A stretch of 62,690 nucleotides of DNA, filler included. It is 15 parts of 15 records of this genome, joined end to end, with 100 filler letters (N's around TTAATTAATTAA, not from the genome) between each part and the next. Parts side by side here need not be neighbours in the genome. Positions count along the whole stretch, not along the records: positions 9,954 to 13,180 come from SRR7504441_28229; positions 13,281 to 18,484 come from SRR7504441_28270; positions 18,585 to 22,889 come from SRR7504441_28276; positions 22,990 to 28,654 come from SRR7504441_28434; 11 more parts are not named here. One strand, written 5' to 3'. Position 1 is the first letter of the stretch. Every line of letters starts with the position of its first letter. Of the stretch, positions 12,026-23,128 are shown piece by piece. Made by a program: the position numbers and the translations under genes. The notes under the pieces were generated by a model. It saw only the letters and a list, made by a program, of their open reading frames with translations, was not told the origin of the DNA and searched no databases.

Positions 12026-13035
12026 GCAATGCCACCCAGGCCGAGCTGCGCCAGGCCCGCAACGCAGCCTTGCGCTCGCAGGCCGCCCCAGCCTGGCAGA
12101 TAAACGCCGCATACGAGGTCCTGGGCGAGCCCAGCGAGCGGCGGCGTTTCGATGTTTTCGGGCACGCCGACCTGTCCCAGGTGCGAACCGGGTTGTGGCT
12201 CGGGGGAGAGAGCGCAGCCCGGCGACCGCAGCTGCTGCGATCGCTGGGCATCCAACGCGTGCTCACCTGCGCGCACAGCCTGGGCTACCTGGACGGTGCG
12301 CTGGCCGAGCACGGGCTGGAGCATCGCATACTGGTCGTGGAGGACTCGGATGCGCAAGACCTGGCCCCGTTCATGGAGGAGGCAATGGAGTTCATCCGGC
12401 GCGGGGCGGTGCTGGTGCACTGCCAGTACGGAGTGTCGCGCTCAGCCACCTTTGTGACCCGCTGGCTGATGCTTGCGGAGCAGCTGACGGCGGAAGAGGC
12501 GCTGGCTGCGCTTAGGGAGTGCAGACCTAAAGTGCAGCCCGGGCCTCGCTTCTGGGAACTGCTTTTGGAGATCTCGGCAGCAGACCAGGTGCTGCGGTCC
12601 GCCAGGCAAAGCAGGATGGAGCAGGTGCTGCTCATCTGTGTGTACCCAGCTCTTGTTGACAGCCTGCACCAGGCAATCACTCTCCAGGATGCCCAAATAG
12701 CCGCCAAACAAGATAAAATTCAAACTCAGCTGCGGCGCCTCGATCGTGACCCATCACGGTTATTGCGGCTTCCGCAGCCAGCAGTAGCAGCTGCCACCAA
12801 GTTGGAAGGCATTTGCCATAGTGAACCGCTGAAACAGCGAGCACTAGTTGGGCTGCTGTACCCCGAGCTCGTGAGCATTTTGCAGATTGCTGTCGCCCAA
12901 AGAGAGGCATTGCTTAATCTGCAAGACGATCAAATCAAGGAACACAAGGCACTATTGCTCCAAAAGTACGGGCAATATTACTTTGAAGAAAATCGTACGC
13001 GTGAGAACGGGTATTATGGAATGAATTGTTTATGA
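11980..13035 (+). CDS. Dual-specificity phosphatase with an N-terminal shortened J-like domain and a C-terminal coiled coil
   Basis: DWYTVLQVGRNATQAELRQA...INAAYEVLGEPSERRRFD (J-domain helices, no HPD); VRTGLWLGG; VED; VLVHCQYGVSRS (CX5R active site). Confidence 0.88.
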   Translation: MQPEQMDWYTVLQVGRNATQAELRQARNAALRSQAAPAWQINAAYEVLGEPSERRRFDVFGHADLSQVRTGLWLGGESAARRPQLLRSLGIQRVLTCAHSLGYLDGALAEHGLEHRILVVEDSDAQDLAPFMEEAMEFIRRGAVLVHCQYGVSRSATFVTRWLMLAEQLTAEEALAALRECRPKVQPGPRFWELLLEISAADQVLRSARQSRMEQVLLICVYPALVDSLHQAITLQDAQIAAKQDKIQTQLRRLDRDPSRLLRLPQPAVAAATKLEGICHSEPLKQRALVGLLYPELVSILQIAVAQREALLNLQDDQIKEHKALLLQKYGQYYFEENRTRENGYYGMNCL

Positions 13036-13364
13036 TATTCACATATAATGTTATATTGGTAGCTTCCTCGTGGGTTTGTATACATCATGCTACTCGTACT
13101 CAGTATACTTCGGTACTTGGGATCAAACCAAGGATCGTGTTGTGAGCATAGTTTGCCGGTACTCACTTACTCCCCGTCAANNNNNNNNNNNNNNNNNNNN
13201 NNNNNNNNNNNNNNNNNNNNNNNNTTAATTAATTAANNNNNNNNNNNNNNNNNNNNNNNNNNNNNNNNNNNNNNNNNNNNGACATTTGGAAATAAAATGG
13301 AAATTCGAGGTCAGATTCCGTTGGAAATCCTAACCTTGACCGGGAGGTCCGCGCCAGCTCTGCA

Positions 13365-14102
13365 ATGATGCGCGCTCTGATCTGCTTGCTCTGGGCGGCG
13401 GCCGCGCAGGGCCAGACGGCACCAGCCGTCCAGTGGCCAGGCAGCACGGTGCAGCACCTGTGGCAGGAATACAACAACATCTTCAAGCACGGGAACAGGA
13501 ACGCGGCCTCGCACCTCTGGTCCCGCTTCCTGCTCGATCGGGCGGCCGGCATGTCCGTCGACCGGTTCAACGAGCTATCCGGGGGCTACTGCGCGGTGTC
13601 TGGCTCTCCGGTCACACCAATGGAGCGCACTCGGTACCGGGTTCGGCTGGAAGACGTGGCCGACGGCAGGATGGTGGCCGGGATCGTGTACTACTGCTGC
13701 TGGCCGTGCGTTTGCGACACCCAGGACTTCATCAAGGTGGACACCAAGACAGTGATCACCGCGGACGGCCCGTCAGTCCATAGATTCATGGTGATAGGCA
13801 ACCCGTGCGAGCGGAAAGAAAGAATCCCATGGGAGGCGCCGGAGGTGCGCTGCGCCCCCGATGGGAGCCTGATCGGAGCCCCAATGTCCGACCATGGGTA
13901 CGTGATTCTGGCCAAGTTCTTCGAGGACGAGGGCAAGCCAGCGATGGACGAGTCGATGTTCGCGGAGCACTGCGAGCAACGGAAGAGGATGGGCTACAAC
14001 TCAGGCATGGGCGAGATCTTCAGGAAGGTGGCCGGCCTGGGTGCCATCCATGTCGGTGCGGCCAACGCGCTCGAAGACCGCACCAACACATCCGAGCTTT
14101 AG
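13365..14102 (+). CDS. Secreted cysteine-rich protein of unknown function
   Basis: Signal peptide MRALICLLWAAAAQG; GYCAVSGSPV, YYCCWPCVCDTQDF and GYNSGMGEIF; strong coding-type GC3 bias; no introns. Confidence 0.8.
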   Translation: MMRALICLLWAAAAQGQTAPAVQWPGSTVQHLWQEYNNIFKHGNRNAASHLWSRFLLDRAAGMSVDRFNELSGGYCAVSGSPVTPMERTRYRVRLEDVADGRMVAGIVYYCCWPCVCDTQDFIKVDTKTVITADGPSVHRFMVIGNPCERKERIPWEAPEVRCAPDGSLIGAPMSDHGYVILAKFFEDEGKPAMDESMFAEHCEQRKRMGYNSGMGEIFRKVAGLGAIHVGAANALEDRTNTSEL

Positions 14103-14280
14103 GATTCGAGTCACACTCATAGTCGTGCAAGCATCTGTTTGATAGTTATTGTACAGCGAGTACGAGTACTCCGGCGTACGAGTACGTACTCGTAGTGTAC
14201 GAGTGTAACATTACAAGTGTAACTATGTAGCAACTATGATGTAACTATGGTGCGCAATAGACAAATGTACGTGTTCTGGA

Positions 14281-14829
14281 CTAGCGAGTGTTATCACGCT
14301 CGAGGCTACGTACGTATAAACGGCATATCGCAGAGTCCGAGGAGTAGCCAGTATCACCGGAGTACATGACGCGATTCAATTTATGCCTACTTAGACATGC
14401 CGTATCAGTATCGAAGGCCTCTTGGTCTTGAATGAAGCCCATCCCGCCTGGTCTTAAAGCCCCGCCAGCGTCGCTGCCCCACCGGTCAGCCGTCCTGGCC
14501 AATTGAGCGCTCGCCTGTATCGCCACTGTTGCCTCATGCTTCTCATTTTGACGGTGCTGCATCCCGAAGCCGTCAGCTAGGCTCGCTAGCATCAGGCCTA
14601 CCATTATCCGTATCTCGCGCTGAACCATCCGGGATCGCCGGCTGGCTGGGATCCCGCCACACATCGAGCTGTGCCGCACGAACCAGTTCGAGCTTCCCTT
14701 GGCCCCACACCGGGTGCACAGTAGCACCGCCCCGGTTCCCTTGGCCCCATCCCCATTCTCCACCATCGCAAAGTCGTTAGGCCGGGAGCCCGGCACCAGC
14801 AAGTGCCCGAGCGCCGACCGCCGAGCCAA
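14281..14829 (-). CDS. Hypothetical ORF or terminal exon with a C2HC zinc-finger-like motif
   Basis: CTRCGAKGSSNWFVRHSSMC (C-x2-C-x11-H-x3-C) at 14659-14718; may be a 3' exon of the upstream gene. Confidence 0.35.
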   Translation of the reverse strand: MARRSALGHLLVPGSRPNDFAMVENGDGAKGTGAVLLCTRCGAKGSSNWFVRHSSMCGGIPASRRSRMVQREIRIMVGLMLASLADGFGMQHRQNEKHEATVAIQASAQLARTADRWGSDAGGALRPGGMGFIQDQEAFDTDTACLSRHKLNRVMYSGDTGYSSDSAICRLYVRSLERDNTR

Positions 14830-17420
14830 CTGACCTGGGCCGGACGCTGGTGCTGCCAGTCAGCCATTTGAAGCGTCATTTTGTGCTCGAGCTGATGCAA
14901 TGCTGCCCGCCGTTGCAACAGCACCCTCTCTTTCCACTGACCGGTCTGTCGTTGCCAACAGCTGACCGCCGAGTGCAGCCGATCCATGAGGGTCCGCGCA
15001 GCCAGTTGCGCGCTACACCGCCAGCTGCTTACTGCCCGTACCTGACTCTTGGCAAGCAATCGGGCCAGGGTGCTCCTACAGAGCCTCAACCCAGAGCCAT
15101 GCCGGACTCCTTGGAGCACCCCCACCACCCGTGCCTGCTGCTGCCACCGCTGAACAACGGCTAACAATCGCATCTGACTCCCTCCGCACAAGGTGAGCCG
15201 CAACAGTCTCATGGCACTGTCCTGTCTACCCAACTGGTGGTGTGCAGCGCTCTCTTCAGCTCCCGCCAAAGCCTGATTGCGACGCCATCGCATCAGGCCA
15301 TCTGCCAGTCGTCCGGTCGCCATTCTTGCACCTAGCCGTTCGATCACTCGCATTCCCGCCCTGGAGCGGGTGCAACAAAGCCTGCCAATCTCTTGCTGCA
15401 CCGCCGCCGACTGCGTATCCCCACTCAGCCATACAGAAATCCTGCGGCCGAACCGACGTTGCTCGTCAACACTGCATGCATGCGACACAAGCAGCGTGAG
15501 CAGCTGTTCTAACTTGCGCGCCTTGGCTCGGTCCACATCTAGCAGCTCCCGCCAGTCCTTAGGAGCCCGGGTTTCGCGCAGCCCTGAGCGCCACAGGTCG
15601 AATCGCAGCCAGAGCTCGGCTTGAGCAGCCCGGGCCACCACTCGCCGCAGCATGCCCAGTGAGGATCCCCGCTGCTTAGCAATCCGCTTGCGCCGCTGCG
15701 CCTCATTCGATTCAAAGCTTGCGGCCTGCTGGCGTTGCTCCCAGCACTGAACCACCGAAAGCAACCGAGTGTGCTCCTCTCGGCACATGGCCAACCGGAG
15801 CAGCCTCGCGGCGCAGCCCTGCCTACCAGACCGATGGTCTGCTTGCTCGTCAATCAGCAGATTCAGCTGTTGCTGCTGTCTCGAACCAGGACCAACCAGT
15901 GATCCCACCCGCCACTCTGCAATAGCGCAACCGAGAGCACCTGCTTGTACTCGAGCGAACGCTCGGCGGATCAGCTGCAAGCCAGTCGCCCGTGCCGCGA
16001 TCCGTTGACCGCTCGCCTGTCTCCAACGACTCAGAGCAGAATACACTCCTGAGTGCAACAGTCGTCCCGCAGCCTGGCGCAATGCCTGGGCCCTGGCTCC
16101 ATTCTGAGCCTGCCTGGCCGCGAAAGCCTCCCGCCTTGCTGCGACCAAGTCCAGGGTGAGCCCGTCTGCTAGGCTTGAGACGGCTCCAAGTTGTGCAGCA
16201 GCGCTCACGTCACGTAAAGCCTGAGCCACACGCTGCCGCCAGCTCTCCAGCACGTGATGACCCATGCGGCTCAGCTGGCGGGCCAAACACCGGCGGAACA
16301 TGCGGACCGCGGCAGTCCTGGTCTGCTTGGCAATGGCAGCACAAGCTAGCCCGTCTGTAAGCCTGTCTATGGCAGAGCCTCCAGATGAACAAAGCGCCGG
16401 ACTACGTGGATACGACGGAGCGGCCATGGCCGCATAGACTAGTCCATCGGAGAGCCGGTCTATGGCCGGTGATCCCGGGGAGGGTGATCGCACCCGAGCC
16501 GCTGTACTGATCCGCCACTCCACCAGGCAGCTCCTCGCGGGCTCTATGCACCGTTGCAGCTGCCGAGCCAGCCGGGCCTCCACTGACTGCTCACGGGGTG
16601 CTGCCCGGTTGGCCCAAGCCGCAAGCAGACCGCGCGCAGTCCCCATGCTGGCTCGCTCCAGGGCTTTGCTCAGTGAACGGTGCAGCAGTGCAGCAGCCAA
16701 CTTTGGCCGCAGAGTCAACTGGCACCGCCAGCCACGCACAAGCCGTGCGACCCGGCCCGCTCGTAGCTGAGCCAGCACTCGCCCCACCCGCCGCAGTCCA
16801 GCCGCCCTGCAAGGCACCGCCCGGCCGAGCTTGGCGCTGAGTGCCGCGGCCCTCCACCGGGCGAATCCCTTCCAGCCGAGCTCTCGCTCCCACAGCCGGA
16901 GCGCCTCCTCGATCTCAGCAGTGGCCGAGCACGCCTCCAGCGCCTTGACGTGCCCCCCCGCCTTGTCCACAAGCCGGCGGGCGGCTGCAGCTGGGTCCGT
17001 AAATAGGTCGCACAGCCTGCGGCTCTCGGCCAGCATGGCCCGCCGCTGCTCATCGGCCGAGGCGGCCCGCTGCTCGATCTCATCCATCAGCGGCTGGCTG
17101 GCCGGGGCTGCTCGGGAGAGGGCGGCCACCGCAGCGTTGAGCGCCAGCAGCAGCGTGTCGTGGCAGGCCGCCGCCCGCCGGGCCTGCTCCTCCAGCCCCC
17201 GGCGAAGCTCCGCACCAGCCTCCAGTTGCGCCAGCTGTTCCCGCAGCGCCCGCAGCTCCCGCCGGGCCGCCCGCCCGTGCGCAGCAGCCTCACTACGCTG
17301 GGAGCCCCCTGTCTGGGTGCCCATGCTCTGATGCAACAGTCGGAGTGCCAAACGGCGGGGATGCGCTGGGATGCCGCAGCACAGACCAAGCTTAGCAGCA
17401 CAGGCCAGTACGTATAACAC
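14604..17420 (-). CDS. Large alpha-helical Ala/Arg/Gln-rich protein with periodic Trp (Sfi1/centrin-binding-like repeats)
   Basis: 938-codon ORF with recurring units such as FARWR, VRGWR, LESWRQ, LSRWRQ, IAEWR, FDLWR, LMRWRR and VQRWQ. Likely start at ATG 17324. Confidence 0.6.
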   Translation of the reverse strand: MLYVLACAAKLGLCCGIPAHPRRLALRLLHQSMGTQTGGSQRSEAAAHGRAARRELRALREQLAQLEAGAELRRGLEEQARRAAACHDTLLLALNAAVAALSRAAPASQPLMDEIEQRAASADEQRRAMLAESRRLCDLFTDPAAAARRLVDKAGGHVKALEACSATAEIEEALRLWERELGWKGFARWRAAALSAKLGRAVPCRAAGLRRVGRVLAQLRAGRVARLVRGWRCQLTLRPKLAAALLHRSLSKALERASMGTARGLLAAWANRAAPREQSVEARLARQLQRCIEPARSCLVEWRISTAARVRSPSPGSPAIDRLSDGLVYAAMAAPSYPRSPALCSSGGSAIDRLTDGLACAAIAKQTRTAAVRMFRRCLARQLSRMGHHVLESWRQRVAQALRDVSAAAQLGAVSSLADGLTLDLVAARREAFAARQAQNGARAQALRQAAGRLLHSGVYSALSRWRQASGQRIAARATGLQLIRRAFARVQAGALGCAIAEWRVGSLVGPGSRQQQQLNLLIDEQADHRSGRQGCAARLLRLAMCREEHTRLLSVVQCWEQRQQAASFESNEAQRRKRIAKQRGSSLGMLRRVVARAAQAELWLRFDLWRSGLRETRAPKDWRELLDVDRAKARKLEQLLTLLVSHACSVDEQRRFGRRISVWLSGDTQSAAVQQEIGRLCCTRSRAGMRVIERLGARMATGRLADGLMRWRRNQALAGAEESAAHHQLGRQDSAMRLLRLTLCGGSQMRLLAVVQRWQQQARVVGVLQGVRHGSGLRLCRSTLARLLAKSQVRAVSSWRCSAQLAARTLMDRLHSAVSCWQRQTGQWKERVLLQRRAALHQLEHKMTLQMADWQHQRPAQVSWLGGRRSGTCWCRAPGLTTLRWWRMGMGPREPGRCYCAPGVGPREARTGSCGTARCVAGSQPAGDPGWFSARYG

Positions 17421-17744
17421 TTATAACACTAGTACTAGCCAAGCAGCCTTTATGGTAAAAATTGGAAGTGTTTGACCACAATTTTTTATGATACTGCACG
17501 CGCGTGCGGTGGCATTGGATCCCAGCGGCCGTAGATCGTACCTCGCACGCTTGCAGTTCGCGAGTTCGATTGGAGCACGATTGAAGCACGCACGATACAC
17601 CCACGAACCAACGCACAAACTCGGCGGTGTCGGCGGGACTTGGTGGTCGGTTCTCGTTGCGTATGTACATAACGTAGCGCCAGTGACCGTAATCCCAATA
17701 AGAACTTCCTTTCGAACTAGATCATAATGAACGGTCAACCCTCG

Positions 17745-18182
17745 ACGATATTGCTCACTGTCTGTGCTCACAATCACCTGAGACGGGGGCTGGGTTCCGG
17801 CTAGAAGAGGAGGGGCTACCTTATCCACCAGAGCGGTCTGTCTGGCATGCTCTACCGAGTGTGCCAGCATTGGCTTGCCGCCAAGCTGCCGAATGTTCTT
17901 GTGAGGCACGGACTTGGAACCGCTCCGAGCGGGAATCACAGCGAGCACGCTCGGACGGGTGGCTGCCGCAAACTGTGCGGCGGGCGGTTGTGGGCCTGCA
18001 GCCGGGCTCTGTCGGAGGGCGGCCTCATGGAGTGCAGCCGACAGGGCGGTGAGCGGGATAGTGCCAGCTGGCGAGACCAGCCGGGAGGCGATCTCCTGCA
18101 GCTCAGTAGCTCTCACTGTAGGCTCGGCAGCCAAGCTCGGCGCCATGCAGCTCCACACAAGCAGTGCGGCTCCTACCCGCAT
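17745..18182 (-). pseudogene. N-terminal fragment of an acylneuraminate cytidylyltransferase (CMP-Neu5Ac/KDO synthetase family), 3'-truncated
   Basis: Signal-like N-terminus; VLAVIPARSGSKSVPHKNIRQLGGKPMLAHS...VDK|VIVSTDSEQY across a 42-nt GT-AG intron; homology then stops abruptly. Confidence 0.7.
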
Positions 18183-18723
18183 GTTTGCTGTCTGGGTGCG
18201 ATGGAGTGCCGTTACAATGACTCTGGGGCGACGATCTACATCAAACCCCTTTTTATGTACCCTTGTATTCGTTTGTAATTGAAGTTTAAATCCACTATTC
18301 GTATTACAATACTAAGATCGATTGTATGTGTATTCGGTACCACGGAAACATGCTGCTTTGGTTTAATCAATCAGGATTCTTTAGTTCCATTATGATAGTA
18401 TGCGTTGTGCACCTTGATGATGGCATTACTGACATCATGCATGTCCTGTGGCTCCATTTTGGGAAACAACGGGATTGTGATGATNNNNNNNNNNNNNNNN
18501 NNNNNNNNNNNNNNNNNNNNNNNNNNNNTTAATTAATTAANNNNNNNNNNNNNNNNNNNNNNNNNNNNNNNNNNNNNNNNNNNNCTGCGATAAAATTGTC
18601 AAAATCTAACTTTTCATTTGCAGCTACTAGATCTATACTAGCTGCAGGTACGAAGCTGTACCCGTACGTATTCAAGTACAGCTGTACTCGTAAATGAGGC
18701 ATTTCAAAATTCAAGGAGCCGCC

Positions 18724-20402
18724 ATGCACTCTGCGTTGCGCCGGGGTCTGTGCTCGGCAAGCAGCGCAGCCCGTTGCGAGGTGACCAGCTACCTCAACAG
18801 CCTGGCCGTCCGCCGGCTCGGCCGCGAGCTGCCTCGCGAGCACCGACAGCTGCTGGCCGAGCGGCTCGAGGCCAACTGGTACTCGACCGTTGACGAAGTC
18901 CGAGCCCTGTCGGAGGCAGACGCGGTGCAGCTCGGGTAACCTAGCCGACTCGGGGGGGCGCATTAATCGGGTTGGACCGGCAGGCTGCCGCTCCGGCTGC
19001 TGTCCGTGCTGCAGGAGGAGCCCAGCGCCGCAGCAGCTGCGACCGAACCCGCACCGAAGGCCCCGCCGCCTACTGCGCCCGAGCCAGCCGCCGCCCGAAC
19101 AGCGCCGCCCGAACGTGCCCCGCCGCGGAAGCGTGGGTGTGGCACGGCGGCCAACGTGCGGGTGACGAAGCGGGAGCGGGGCAAGCCGTACGGGCTTACG
19201 GTACAGCAGCTGACCCCGGAGCTGGCAGCTGAGCTGGACAGACTTCGGACTTTTCTAACCAAGCGGTTCTATGGCCAACAGGAGCCCCGGATGCGCCCGG
19301 CCACGGCCGACAAGCACATTGCGCATGCCCGGGCAATGCTCGGCTGGTTGCACTTGCACAGAGACGCGCCGCTAGATCAACTCTGCCTTAAGCAGCTGAT
19401 ACCATCCAGCGGGCGGGATGGCGTCCAGACCTCGTTCGATTTCCTCCAGTTCCTAGTGGACACCAGGGGGGCCGTGCCCAATACGGAGCTGGTCCACTTG
19501 CGCTCCTGTGTTCAAATATGCAAATTCTTGTATCACCAAGAGTCCTCTGCAGACCCTTCGCAGGGCGATAAACCGTACCAGGACATCCAGGCCATTCGCG
19601 AGCTCCGGAAGCTCGCCAACGATGCCAAAATGCGCGCCAAAGTGGCCCCTGGGGTGTCGGACGATGGTCTCAAGTGGCTGGCTTGGCCAGAGTACCTGGA
19701 GGCAGTTGAGAAGCTCCGAATGGAGTGTGCCCCGAGGCTTGCCAATGGCGCTCTCCGGCCGCGGACGGCGGTGGCGTATTCGTATCAGGTCTATCTGATC
19801 TTCTCGATCTTGGCTTGCATCCCGGACCGGCAGCGGACGCTGCGTGAACTAGAGATCGGCAAGACATTAATGCACGAGAGCGGCAAGTGGGTGATCAGGC
19901 ACGGCCCAGAGGATTACAAGACCGGCAAAGACTACGGCGAACGGCCGCCGCTTGTAATTGCTGAGAGTGTCTACCCGGAGCTTGAGGCGAGTGGCCGGTG
20001 TGGTGTTTGCTGAGCCTGATCAGGAATGGATCAACGTATGGAGAGCGGAGCTCAACCCGACTCACGGGTATCTCTTCACACGGAAGAACGGAGCCCCCCC
20101 GACATCGGCGGATTTTATCTGGAAACTGTTCACCACTGCCGCATTCCGAGTGACCGGCAAGAAGACGAATCCGTGCGCCTGGCCATTGGGTCTGGATAAT
20201 TTGTGGGGACAGGCATCTGATCCGTGACATGATTGTGACACATCTGCGGAACACGAATGCCAGCGAGCGGGAGCTGGAGGCGCTAGCGATATACATGGGA
20301 CACAGCCTTGCACAACAGCGGGGTTCATATGATAGACGCTCGAAAGAGCAAAAAGTTGCGCCTGCAATCGACTTGCTACGAACAATCAATGCACAAGCTT
20401 AG
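18724..20402 (+). CDS. Tyrosine recombinase (lambda-integrase fold) family protein, 3 introns (18936-18983, 19987-20023, 20173-20212)
   Basis: After splicing: IPDRQRTLREL (R), EDYKTGKDYG (K), NP|HLIRDMIVT (HxxR), YMGHS (H), SYDRR (Y). An alternative in-frame ATG lies at 18694. Confidence 0.85.
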
Positions 20403-20687
20403 CACAAGCTTAGCACAAGCTCGCTAGTTCAATAATCAAGGAGCGTTTCTAGAGCGTTTCGCTCAAGGTTGTCGTCATTTACAATGTACTAGTCAGTAAA
20501 TACTGTCGTGTGCTGAACACCGAGGTCCCGAACGCAGCCATGGAAACAAGACTTTGTGTCTAATAATTATATTATCCATTTATTAATTGTTGATTGTGGA
20601 GTCGTATACTATATTCCCAAATGCAAAGCACGCTGAGTTCGACAACACAAGCTTACCTTCACGGTGGACCCGCTAGGCTCTAAAAGA

Positions 20688-22532
20688 TTATCCTAGGCAC
20701 GACGTTATGCCAGGCTGGATAAACTTTTCGTACGCTTCAATGTAGTGCATGCAATCGCCCTGGCACATTGAGCAGTCAGCCACACTGCCCACGCAGCCAC
20801 TGACCTTGGTGCGGCGAATGGTGATATTTGTAAGGTCGTCTGATGGCACGAGCCCGAATGCGACCTCAAGCGGCATTGTGCTCCCTTGCCGTGGGCTGAA
20901 ACAGACTTTAATCTGCGTGCCCAGAAGCTTTCGCTCCTCGTCATCCGCCTGTGCCCTGCTGAGCGCACGCGCCAAAGACCACAGCGGACCGCCACACTCT
21001 CGGCGCCGTTGTCCATGAACCATCGCTCGAGCCGAGCCACTAATTCCTCCTCCGGCACCCGACACACAAACTGCCAGACGGTCAGTGGACCCGGTGAGTC
21101 AATCGCAGGCTGTCACCTGGGCCGTCGGCTTGATGGAAAGCCCCCAGCCCTGGGCAGGATTCCGTGGGGCGGCTACTTCGGTGGCCGCGGCCGGAGCCGG
21201 CGGGGCGAGGCCTTCGATTGATCGATATACTGGCTCCTGAGAAGCCGGCTGAGTCCGGAGAGAACAGGCAGACCAACCTCAAACTGGTTGAATTCGAGGT
21301 CGCCTTGATCCATTATATCGCTAGCCAAGTCCCGGTACACCCGCTCTTCCTCGTCGTGCAGGCACTCGTCCATCGCTGCCAGGCTCACTGGCATTGGGAG
21401 CGCATTGTTCAGGTTGAACCACGGATGTCTCCGGATCTGCACTCCTGCTCAGCGCGCGGCAGCAGGGAATGGGGACCTCGGGTATGGTGATCCGTTTCTT
21501 GGGCTCGACCTCCCACATCCGGAGCAGCAAGTCGACCAACTCTGGTGAGAAACTAACTGGGAACTGGAACTGCTTTTGTACCAACGACACAAACAGCTCG
21601 CAGCGCGCTGTCGCCTCCGTGAAGGGGAAGGCACCGGCGGTCATGATGTAAAGGATCACACCAGCGCTCCTGCAGCCCCGCCCCCAGCAGTGAGCACGCC
21701 AGCTTGCCCCAGCCTAGCGCGCACCAGATGTCAATCGGCGGACCCATGTACTCTGCAGAGCTGCCCATGATCTCGGGAGCAGCGTACTTCTCACTGCCAC
21801 AGTGCGTCTTGAGCATCGTCTCGGGCCCCACAATCGCATTCGACAGGCCAAAGTCTGAGATCTTCAGGATTTCCTGCGACAGGTGCTCAGGCGGCGCGCG
21901 CAGGCCGGCCCTCACGTCTTTGGCGAGCAGCAAGTTCTCCGGCTTCAAATCCCTGGGGGCGGCAACCCGTCAGACCAATCTCTGGCCCGGCAGCCACCGG
22001 TGCACAATGTGCTTCTGATGGCAGTACTCGAGCCCGTCGATGACTTGGTTAAAGAAGTGGCACGCCGTCTCCTCCGAGAATCCGCCGTCGCCAACGATCT
22101 TGTCGAAAAGATCGCCGCCGGCAGCCAGCTCCAGCACTAGGTACAGGTTCTGGTCGTCCTCGTGGATGTCGATCAGCTTGAGCTGCCCACGGCGGCTCAG
22201 CCCCCCCGAGCCAGCTCTCTCTCACCACGTTGCTGTGCCCGTTCAGAGTGCGCATGAAGGCCACCTGCCGGCCCGGGTCAGGCCTGCGGGTGTTGGCGGC
22301 AGGGCGCCTCTTTCTGCAGATGCTCCACCTCCTTGGGGCTCCGGCCGACCAGGGCGGCTTTGGCAATGATCTTCACCGCGAACCTGTGCCCGTTGTCGTC
22401 GACCGCCTCCTTCACCTGGACCGGGCTCGAGGGGTAGCCGGCCAGGACAGTGGCCGGCACCTTGCCGAACATGCCCTCCCCGATCTTGGGCCCGAGCTCG
22501 TACATATCCTTCACCTTAAACCCCTGCGCCAT
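20688..22532 (-). CDS. Ser/Thr protein kinase (CAMK group, SNF1/CIPK-like) with a C-terminal KA1-like region, about 10 introns
   Basis: IGEGMFGK|VK, FAVKII, LELAAGGDLF, VH R|DLKPEN, ISDFGLS, THCGSEKYAAPE, IDIW|SAG. Confidence 0.93.
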
Positions 22533-23128
22533 TGCCTTGGCGGGGGCTGTGTGTTGATGCCCAGCTCCACGTGCTTTCCAAATAAAGACGTGTGATGATC
22601 AGACAACCGTAGGAGAGGCCTGACAAGGACAAGTTCATCCGGCGGGTCGGTCGGGCGCCCTTGCCCAAGCACCGGTCTCTAGGTCTACCTCAGAATCCTC
22701 GTGTGATGGGCGTAGCTAGCTCCCAGATGGTTCGACACGCGATCGATGTTTAGGTTGGATGAAATCGTAGAGTCCAGTGAGTTTACACTCGTGCTATTGT
22801 AGTTAGAGCCCCTAGCAAGAACGTTGGGCCCGCTTAAGGCTTAGTTACTAGGGATGGATTACTGTAAGCCCTCATAGGGTGCAATACAGNNNNNNNNNNN
22901 NNNNNNNNNNNNNNNNNNNNNNNNNNNNNNNNNTTAATTAATTAANNNNNNNNNNNNNNNNNNNNNNNNNNNNNNNNNNNNNNNNNNNNCAGCTTCTAAT
23001 TTGGGATTCAGCGAACCTGCCAGTCCAGCCGTGTTGCTCGCCTTTTATTTTATTTTCTCTCGGCACTCGATTTCAGCGGCCTCGAGCAGCAGCTAGCGCT
23101 CATCTCCCAGGCCACCGAGCTTACCGCG

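Noticed and set aside
20391-20420. GCACAAGCTTA x3 after the recombinase stop as a recombination site
   Set aside because: Similar short tandem duplications occur in many intergenic regions here (e.g. near 10165, 44469, 62374), and there is no matching site upstream of the gene.
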